Assembly: GCA_002633005.1 (NCBI GenBank)
Contig: NMRA01000427.1
Span: 264,017 to 328,016 of the forward strand
DNA from: Phoronis australis
Taxonomy: Eukaryota; Animalia; Phoronida
DNA: 64,000 bases
Direction: 5' to 3'
The notes beneath the pieces were generated by a model. That model saw only the letters and a program-made list of their open reading frames with translations. It had not been told where the DNA came from and ran no database searches. Each line of letters starts with the position of its first letter. Position 1 is the stretch's first letter. The position numbers were made by a program, and so were the translations under genes. Positions 53,714-64,000 of the stretch are shown here, piece by piece.

Positions 53714-56171
53714 ATGGCTCAACATGAAGACCTGACGGGTGACATTTTGGAGCTGGAATTAGCCATCAAAGCAACATGCAAGAAGAAAGACTTGGTATGT
53801 CTGTCCCAAGCACCTTCTGATATTAGCATACAAAGGGGGTAGCTGTAGTATTTGTTGTTATTCACTTACATAAGAAGGAAATTTCTTAAATAATACAGAA
53901 TGCGTACAAGGTGTGCCTATGTCAAATACTCTTTTCTCAGATAATTGTCATATTGTCTATTTTCCAGTGTCCTACTAAAGCTTTAACACTTGCTTGCTGA
54001 AAAAGTGTAGAACTACGGTTTTTCAGCATAACTTTATGCCCCCTGTGCTTTTGGCATGATTGTGTGTAACCATTTCAAAGTTGTTGTACCATAGTGTGGA
54101 GTAGCAAGGTTTTGGATAGTTATGAAAGAACTGTTCTCATTGGAAGTTGAAAGAGGCTCAGCCAACCGAATATACGATGTTCTGTTAAACGAGCACTTTT
54201 GCCTTTTCAGTCACTTAACTTCAGTCACAGAAAGATCAGAATACTTCCTCCATGTATCAGTGAGGCTCATCACCTCACGCAGTTGTACCTTAATGATAAC
54301 AACATTATCATGCCACCCGAGGAGATAGTGCACTTGGAACGGCTCGAGGAGATCGTCATAGACAACAACCAACTTACAATGCTTCCAACGGGCATTGGAC
54401 GACTTTCGAATCTTTCTTATCTCAGTATCAGTCACAATCCATTAACTGTCTTACCAAGTGAGATTGGTGATTTGAAAAACCTGAAACAGCTTTGGATTGT
54501 GGAGTGTGATTTGATCTGTTTACCTGTTGAGCTTGGGCTTCTCAGGAAACTTCAAAAACTTGGTGCGAGGAGCAACAATATCGCATTCTTGCCAGAGGAA
54601 ATGCGAAACTTGAAGAGTCTTCAATGGTGTAATTTTGCAGATAATAAACTCCAGGATTTGCCGGAGTCATTTGGAAAACTTCCTAGCTTGCTGTACTTGA
54701 ATTTGGACCGCAACGGTTTTGAGGAGGTGCCTGCATGTCTGACTGAACTTGTAAATCTGACCACATTGTCAATGAGGACTAACCACATTTATGAAGTGAG
54801 CGATGATACTCTACTCGGACTTTCTAAGCTCACCAAGTTTGATCTGAGAGACAATGGAATGATTGTGAGGCCCTCTCACTGGAAGGTAATTATTATGCTA
54901 AACATAAGAGGAAATAATAGAAAAATTACATGTACAGTCACGTACATAAAGTTTCCATGTTTTTAATGTGAATTGTAATAACTGTGATGCATGTGTTTCC
55001 TTGAGTGTAGATTTGTGGGATATGAGTCATCCCATTCACAACTTTGAAAGTGTCACCAAAGTGATTGCCTGCTCCGTTAACTGGAAGTTGAACGTTACCT
55101 GTTTACTCTTACGCATGATAGCATCTGGATGCTTGAAATACTGCTAACTGAAATAAAGTGATCTCTAGAGATCGTGTACCTACATGTGCTTGTGGTGCTG
55201 CTTTGGATGACTGATATCCCACAATCCTTAGTGTACAGGACTTCTGTTGCTATCCATAAATAGGTCAACTCATTACAACTCAATGCCCTATTTATGAGGT
55301 AAACCCTGTGTGTGTCGACTAGCTAAAATTTTTTAGCTCGTTCATCTCTCTTGTTGCTGCACTTCATTTCCATCCAGTGTGCACATGCACAATTTCACCT
55401 GAACTTTAAATTGACGTTTATTTTTTCTGTCATGTCTTTTGTTGCAGTGTGTACAGTTTAGCTTTGAAAATAAACTTGTCAATGAGACTTTGGCAGAACT
55501 CTGTCAAACTTGGATGATGTTCTTGATAGAATTATTAGCAGTTTCCAGCTTATGATACATTAAAACAGTGTTTTTGTCAAACTTTAGTCAGTCTGAGAGT
55601 TTAATGTGACTTTACTGTAGCTAGCCATCAATTGTTTACTTATGAATGGATTTGCACAATAACTTTTTGCGATTTACACCTCAAAATGCATGAAGCAATG
55701 CCTGATGCGATTATGTCGAGTTTTAGCCAAAATTAAACTGGGTTCACTTCTACCCTAAGATAAATGGACATTTATTCACAGTTGTGTGCGCCAAAACTTA
55801 GTCAAATTTTGACGGTGTCCAGTTTAATATGAAAGCTGTAGTTGAACATTCCATTATTGAGTAATAATTGTGGGGGAAGATGTTTAATCCTAAATGTGTA
55901 TGAGCAGTTGTGCAAAATACAGCATGCTGTTATGCATTAGGATGCAACCCCTTCAAACAGTTACACCAAAAAATAGTGGAGTAATGCTTTTATTGAAGAA
56001 GTAAATGGGACATTACTCATTCTAATTGTGTCACAGTTATAAATTAATATCACTGACAAACATAAACTAATTTAAGTTTTGTTTTATGTTTTGCAGGGAT
56101 TGGAATACATATTTATTGGCAAGACTGGAATTGGTGACAGCCTGGACGGCGAAGTTGGCCTATTGTCGTAA
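53714..56171 (+). CDS. Leucine-rich-repeat-only protein (276 aa, SHOC2/LRRC-type 23-aa repeats)
   Basis: Coding exons 53714-53794 (exon starts at 53696), 54211-54885 and 56097-56171, phase-0 GT-AG; about 9 LxxLxLxxNxLxxLPxxIG repeats. An upstream exon was not located, so the N-terminus could be longer. Confidence 0.85.
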
Positions 56172-58804
56172 CAAGTTTCCATGGTGTTGAGTGCAATATT
56201 GACCGCTGCGCGTGACAGTGTGATTTTGAAAGTGTTTGCAATAATTTCACTTGTGATCATGTTGGATAAGTCATGTTATGGTCTATTATAGTTGTGTCTT
56301 GCATTGTATAGGGAGGTTATTGACTGGCTTTTGAATGTAATCTTACCCTCGCCTGCAAGTTTGTTATTGGCAAATTGAGGTTTTATATTCGAGATAATTG
56401 TTGGCTTCCTGCAAATTTTTGTTTACTTATCACTTGTCAATTAACCACTTCCTGTCATCACAGTCACTGGCAAAAATGCAGTTCTCCTCTGAGGTTTTGG
56501 CAAAAACTAGAGCTTAAACCCTGTTTAATTCTTTCGCGTATATTAAAACAAGTTAATGGGACTCTCTGTGAACAGAGGAAACAATGCATGCCAAAAGTAA
56601 TAAAAAAATGACCCATAATTCCCATTGATGTCATGGTGGTATGTAAGTGGAATTTATTGTCAAAGTAACTGTCTTGTCTTGAATGGAAATATACCAACGA
56701 GAAAACAAACACAATAAAGTTGGAAAGTAACGCTAGTTTAACAGACTTTTCCACTTTGACAAGTTATTCCGTATTTTCACTACTGGCGAAATTAGACATC
56801 ATTTTTGTCCGATAACCTCTGACATGTACTGCACTGTACCTCCCCCACCCCCACCCCCACTTCCAGCAGAGATAAGTCGTTGGACAGCAGGCACTTTTCA
56901 AACATTTATTTCAATTTCTCTTTCAAATTATCACATGAATAATGAAATGACAATCATGATTGATGTAACACAGAAATGGCATTAACTGTAACGAGCAACG
57001 AGCAGACCCACTGCTATCATTAGTTTCTACATCTACTGACAAATTATTCATGAACAGAGACAAACATTGGCATTGGTAGGTATTGCACTCCCTATATGTG
57101 TTCTACATTTTTAAAGCCTTGTAATAGTCTCGAGCTCAGACTCTATCAGCATATGCGCCTTTGTAGATCTCTGACATCTGGTTCTTGATTGGTCGATCAA
57201 GAGGGTCAACAGGTGTATTCAAATCGATTGAACACAAAAAGTCTTAACAACCGTAATTGGAAAGTCATAATCATGATGATAAACGGACATTAAAGTAGTG
57301 AGCGCCGTGCCTAATGCTAACATGTCACTGCAGCACTACAGTTAGTTTTGTATGGGCACAATAGTGCACTCAATTTTTGTATCACGTAAAGAATATACAA
57401 AAAAGGAACAACGTGCAATTAAATGTAAATGAACAGCAATTAAATAAGTATTTGCCTTAGAAAAATTACAGAAATTTAGAGAAATTACAGACACTTCAAA
57501 TAATGAAATACGCATACAAATTGAATCAAATCGTAGCTTAGTATTGCAAAAAGGACCTCAATTTCGAGACCTGCCTTAGACCGACACTGGCCTCTAGACG
57601 AAGGAGTAACATGCAAGGAAATCAAAGGACTCCATTAAAGTGTAATCTTTAAATGAACTAGTGCATGAGAAAGCAGGTGCACAAGCTCGCCTCACAGTCG
57701 ATAGTGCTATGAAAGAAACATTTTAATTTCCTCAAGGCACCACTTGTTTCACCCAGTCCATTAAGTACTGCACATTTTAAAGAAGTAGAGTAAACCTGCG
57801 CTCCATCGAAAACTAATTTTGATATAGGCCCATTGTCACTGTAAAATTGATCTAGACATGTTCTTTCTAAATATTAACGTTTTCTTGCAAACAACAGACA
57901 AAAGTTCGTCATTCCTCGAGACCACGTCTTGCAAATAAAATAAAACGCAGTGGCAAGTGTGTAAAAAAGAAATCTTCCAATAATTCAATCTGCCTGTTTG
58001 TTTCAGAAAGACAAACTATTAAACCTGTATGGACTAACAATGTTAACCAGGCAGGTTATGTGTCCATGAAGTAGTAGGTTACGGTGTCTATTGTAGGCAG
58101 GGCAAATCTCCACCAGATGTTTACGAATCTCGGCATTCAAGCCTCAGTTGGGACACAATGAACATGCCATGTGGACTGTGATGTTACGGTGCCAAGCTAG
58201 GTTGCAGTGTCCAGTAATAATCTGGATCAGCTGCCTTATAGCAGGCCTATCTAAACATAACAGTTTCTTTGAACCCTTTGGTTCAATAGGAGTTGGAAAA
58301 GTGTGTAGAGTCGGGACTAAAGCAAGAACAAGTTGTCAGTTCTGCGCATGCCCACAACCTACTTTAACTAAGGACCAATCAGAGACCAGTTCCATAAGGG
58401 CATGTGGTCTAAGTCAAAAATTCGTTCTTTGGGACAAAAGATGGGTTTGTAGTCTCTTTAAGGATATACACCACCTGTGTTCTACCCCATTCTACGCAGT
58501 ATAACACAAAAAAGTAATCTGACAAAATACCGTTTCCCCCTGATGACGGCTAACTCAAAAAATCACTGGAAAATTCTAATTACAGAATGGCTTGGTCATC
58601 TAGCTAAATTTCCTGTTAATTCACCTTCATTATCGGTCATGAGCAAAGGCTAATCTGAAGATAAATTCGGTTTCCACCCAGCCGTTATGATGGGAATTAA
58701 TCGTCATTTTGTCTGAATACTTTTGGCCACCACTGTACTCCCAACACTGTACTTCCGTCCACTACCAATATCCCAAGAGTTGTAGAACTGGCAAATGCCG
58801 GCCA

Positions 58805-61800
58805 TTACTTGCGCCAGTACTGAAAGAAAAAGTAACAAATTTACAAAAATGGCTGATGTATTACTATGTCCTGGGTAGTAGTAGGACATAACATTTTGAG
58901 AACCAGTTTGATGCCCATTATTCAGTGGAGAAAACTGGTTCAGTCTCAAAATGCGGATATGTTATATCCAACTTTTACATGTACAACATTCCGTTGTCAA
59001 AAATGATTTTCTTTTTGCATTATTGTTTAAAGCAGTCATCATGCCCATATCCTTTGTTCCAATTGAATTTGGCTGAAATAAATCACCAGGAATTCTTGTG
59101 CCTGTCACACCGTTCTGACAGCTGGAACTAACACTTCGTGACAAGCTAACTTCATGAGCCTAGACACGGTCAGGCCTTCTCAAGCTTAGAAATCAGTGAG
59201 TAAATAACATGAGACTGGTCGTAAATGGATTAAAGAAAAATTGGGTTTTTTTGGCAGAATGCCCAGGTTTATTGGCCCTTCAAACATTCAAACAGGAATA
59301 TTCAGACTTATTTTCAAGGGAGCTCTTTCAAAAGTGATAACTGAAGATGGCTGACAAAAATTAGTATTTTAGTAAATATTTCAAATGAACAGTTTTTAGG
59401 CAAAATCCTTGCATAATTAAACTCATATTGTAAAGGTAAAGCACTTTAACGCATGGACATGCACTCACAAATCTATGACACCAAAATAACTATCAGATTT
59501 ATCAAAGGTGACATTTTGTTCACTCACGCTTAGTAACAAAATTTACAAAAAAATGACATTATTTAACTACGATAAATTTAAAGCAAAATGTGTCTACTAC
59601 ATTTTCAACCTTCTTACAACTATTAAAAACTCGCTCACAACAACACTGAGAGGGGGAGCATAGTATACCTGAGCAAACTTATGGATCTGTTCCACAAACG
59701 CGGGCATGAGTGCTGACACACTGCTCTCTATAAGGCCCTGCATGTATTGCACCGCAGCCTCGTCAGTAAGGTGAAGCTGAAACTTGTCTTGCACCTGAGG
59801 ATGTGAGAAATAATCGAGGCTTAACTTAGTTGAGGGACACATCATTAGCAAGCTAGTGCACAAGACTAACACATGCACCTTTACCAAAAAGTATGCACAT
59901 TTAGCCAAACATAAACCAAATTATACAATTTATTCCAGAAAAATGATACATTTTCGGAGAGAACAATTAGGGAGAATTTGATTTTTGATTCTTAGTGTAC
60001 CAATCTGGTATTAATTGGGTTGTAAAATTTACACAAAAAGAAAGTTGTACTAAGCAAAACAACGGTTTCATTAGCAAGCCGTTTAGTTTGGCTAAAGATC
60101 AAATGTTCATTATGAACAACAGCATTAACAGAAAACAGCAATCAAAGGTGAGCGTTGGGGTTGACAATTAAACACTTCCATCTTCAACAAATACACCAAG
60201 CAGTTAAATAATAAGTAAAACCACTCTGCTGCCCACAATGATTCAGCAGCATCTCATATGTATGGAAATGACAGCATCGTTTAAGTAACAGCAAAAATTG
60301 TTACATCAAACACATTCTTTAAAAACCAACCGATACCTATCTGAACAGAGGTAGAGATGCTATCCAATGCCAATGAAACACAGAAAGTGTCACAAAGTGT
60401 ACTTACCTTCTTGACAGTCTTGTCAGGTTCAAGAGCAATATCAGGTATGCTGGCATCAACCATCAAGGAGAATAAGTTCAATATAAGGTTGGATGACCTG
60501 TGTAGGAAATACAGAATGAGGCCTCCTGGCAACAAACTTAACAGCCAGGGAATTTCATCAAATAAACCAACATGTGACTTACTCAAATTCCTGCTATCAA
60601 ACTGATCTCAACTGGCTCCAAACCTAGATGAGGTTTCATAGATTGGAACGAAATGACACAGATTGTTATTGCTTGAGATTATGCTGAGAGCAAAAAATGA
60701 CATGCCGTGACATCCCATGACAAGCCAACTTCAAGAGCTTGGTCTCAAGCAATAACGAATTGCTAGTTCTTTCGAAGTGCCGATACAACCTCTAATTTAA
60801 CTAAGGCACAATTTGAGATCAACATCATAACACTAAATTATCTAAATTGGCTTCTGTAATGGAAGGTGGACTTAACACAGCAAAAACACTAAATAGCAAT
60901 AAATACTTACAACCAGTGCTAAAGCTATATTCAAAACAGTACTTTAAAAACCTGGTTGCACATAGAATGTAACAGTGTATTCTCATACACATTTGACACG
61001 TATAGTAAGTCGCGATAATTATATTGCTGCATTAACTAAGACAAGTTTCCATTGCTTGTACTCTTGGCCATTCAGGCAAGTCAGAGAAATTCTCTTTGTC
61101 CTGTTAGACTCTGTTACGTGGTCTTAATAGCTTACAACGCATGAACTCTCAAATCCTGGCAGGCTCAACACTAGCACTAAACTACGTCGTGATATAAAAC
61201 ACAATCAAGAAGACTGTGAACATGAATGAAGCTCTATTACCCATAATTCCACCATGATCGTAGAAGGGGAAGACACTGTTTACATGAATAAATCATTATT
61301 TCCATGAAACCCACCTTCGTAGATGGAGAAAGGCAGTGTAACACAACTTTTTGAAGTCGTGGAAGTGTTCGCTGGTGGCGCCCCCCATGGCATCCACCAT
61401 CTCCTTGGACAACTTCATGGGGGGTGGCAATGGCTTGGGGTCACGACCCAAGATGTAACCAAAGTCAATGTGAAGGAGTTTACCTGGAGATAACAGTACA
61501 ATCGAATTGAAAAAGAATAAAGAAGCACGTAATGTTCTAACACTATGAACTTCTCAGAGCTTGGGACTATGCTTGAAATTTCAAGTACAAGAACTTCAGA
61601 AAGTTCTGTCCGAAACATTTATAAAGACATGACAGTTTGCTAATCCAAATAGCACAGTTTGCTTTCATCTTCTAATTGTAATTGTTATTTCATTTAGTTT
61701 GCAGTTCCAAGTGAGTTTTATTTTAAAGGAGCATTTTCTCCCCACTAAAAGCCAAAATACAAAACTTGTGCCAGGGGTTGCTAAGCCCAGACAATGAAAA

Positions 61801-64000
61801 CAATGTTGATACACGTAAATACAAATGGGTTTCTGCTAAAAACAATTAGGAGATCATCGCCAATTGACAGTTATGGAAGTGCTTTCAAACCTGTCAAAAC
61901 TTGAAGCCATTTTGACAATCTTATTGCTTGCCAATTCCTGGATGCCGTTTGAGGACAGGTAAGGTATGGTAACATATGAGACACATTTTGTGTCGACACT
62001 AGGTAACCTGAATTATTAATTGTTTAAGGGTTAGACATGACTTTCCATCACGGGTACCATGCTATGATAAGATTTCAAACATGTTTTGCGTGGTCTGACA
62101 TGGAGCGAAATTGTGTTCCTTGAGTAGTAAGCACGAATAAAGAAACATCCTTTCAACATGTTCCATTATTCAAATTCCTAATGCTAAAATCTTCCCACTG
62201 GTTTTAATGGTTATCATCCATCCACTACAATACAAGTAACCTCGGTTCTCCTACATAACTCACCAGTTTTTGAAACCATTAAGTTGTCTAAATGTCTGTC
62301 ACCAACGCCAAGTAAGTATGTTATGACACAATAACCAGCTGAAAATATAATACTTCCCGTTAATGCAAACTTTTCATCAACACCTAAAGAGCACTTGTGG
62401 CATTCGCATGCAATTCATATCTGCGTAGGAAGTCCATGTCATTCTTACGAAGCCCTTCGCCCATAGTGGACGATAGGTAATGAGTAAGAATTACTTTTGC
62501 ATGTGTCTGTCGAGAACCTATACTACAATGTGTCACTACAGCCTTTAGGCTGAGAAGACTTAACAGATGAACAATAATACACAAGTGTGACTGGTCATGT
62601 CTTTGGAGTCCAAAAGAATGAAACAAGTTTAGGATGATTTAACATGCCAAGACTACTTCCCACAGGAAAACTGGAATTATTTTTCTTCTTCAAATCCAAA
62701 CAAGTCATGACTTTCCAGCAGAAAAACTTAATGTCCTTACATAATAGCCACACTAATTGTCAGCCCGGGATGTGCACACACATCTCACTTTACAAGACCA
62801 GAAACAAACACTTTACCACAACTTTTGACATAGGCGTCGACCACCTCTGGCGATATGCCATAAGGCCCTGTCTCTGACGGTGCATGTTTTCGCAGGTAGT
62901 TCTGAATACTTCCGTCTTTTTCAAGGACAACAGCGATGTTGGAAGACTCCACAAACTCAACAAAACCTGACAAATGGAAGAGAAGGTGAGAAAGAATTAC
63001 AAAATATAAAATAAATTGCTGTTTACCAAGACCCAAGGGGTCTTTATTTTGTGACTCTAGACTGTGTTTACTCTTTCATTGTAAGTAAAAGCTGGTACAC
63101 AGACACATCGAGCCCAAAAAGAGGCTAGGTCACTATCTCAGCGCTCTAGAATATGACCTTTGCTTTGTCACAGCACTGAAGCCTATGTAACAATTTCCAA
63201 AGAATACCTTAAAATGTGGCTAACAATTTGTCTAACTATTTTTAAATCTTCTGATGTAGATTAATTAAAGCACAATTTTTAATCGTTAATCTGTAATCAG
63301 AGAGATTTCTTTTTTATACACGATGCGTCTTTAAAATGCAGACAAATGTTTATTTGCTGTTATTTTTCAAATCTTGTATAAATTGTTTAAAACTGACAGT
63401 GTGTGACACGTTCACTTTTAATTAATGATCAGAAATATCGAGTCAAATTCATTTGGGTGAGATTTACAGAAATACTCCATCCATTGTTTACAAAAATGTG
63501 GACTCCAAGCTCTACAAAACATACAAAAGAGTCCAATACATCTCTAAACCAACCAAAAGCAAACTCTCTGCAGATGGCACCACCTTTGGATTAATTTTCA
63601 ATAACCAGACTATAGAAGGATAAAAAAAACAGGTATCTAACAGAAACTTTGTGGTATCTAATGAAAGATGTATGGTAAAATCTCCGCAATTTTGAACACC
63701 ATAAAGTGAACGGGTAAAAGTTCATTTTTTCACAAAAAATAGGCATCACCACAGCTACCATCAGACAATGTTTTCAGAAATTGTGGACATTATAAAACCG
63801 ATGTTAGAAGCCCTTGAAAAAAGGAGAACAGGTCAATTCTGTCAATCATTGTTGTCCAAAATTGGTGAGACTTTACTGTAAACTTTACGAAATCAATACA
63901 TATTACTGGAATATTTTCACACACCATGTCTTGAACTTGTCGCCAGCACTTTATAAGGGGTCAACTTGAGATCAAGATTCTCACGTCTCAGTAGTTTGTC
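58805..64000 (-). CDS. PIK3C3: Class III phosphatidylinositol 3-kinase Vps34, C-terminal kinase domain (5' end outside window)
   Basis: Exons 64000-63925, 62966-62817, 62338-62264, 61483-61315, 60497-60407, 59794-59669 and 58819-58805: [60 protein letters not shown]. Confidence 0.97.

Noticed and set aside
59663-59668. U12-type intron in PIK3C3 (GTATAC donor)
   Set aside because: Does not match the GTATCCTT consensus.
14449-64000. Functional endolysosomal gene cluster (VOPP1-like pair plus Vps34)
   Set aside because: Unrelated genes intervene and the Vps34 promoter is outside the window; proximity alone is not evidence.

Overview
Eukaryotic (animal, probably marine invertebrate) scaffold, AT-rich, with spliced genes, two N-gaps and three single-N joins. 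Five protein genes can be rebuilt by hand with canonical GT-AG introns. On the minus strand are two tandem VOPP1/WBP1-like single-pass membrane proteins with C-terminal PPxY motifs (CDS 14449-18421 and 27742-35220). Each has a non-coding first exon directly downstream of a CLEAR-type E-box (GTCACGTGAY), and one has lost its Cys-rich ectodomain. Next come ADP-dependent glucokinase (ADPGK, minus, 479 aa), a divergent 276-aa LRR-only protein (plus) and the 3' part of PIK3C3/Vps34 (minus, runs off the window). The rest is transposon debris: a frameshifted THAP exon, a decayed RecQ-like helicase, hAT and Crypton-like fragments, CR1-type LINE ends, three tRNA-derived SINEs, several MITEs/fold-backs and minisatellites. 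Two apparent tandem duplications (about 1 kb at 20.3-22.3 kb and about 1.9 kb at 43.7-47.8 kb, the latter carrying ADPGK exon 3) sit exactly on gaps and are most likely uncollapsed alleles. All family assignments are by eye; no searches were run.
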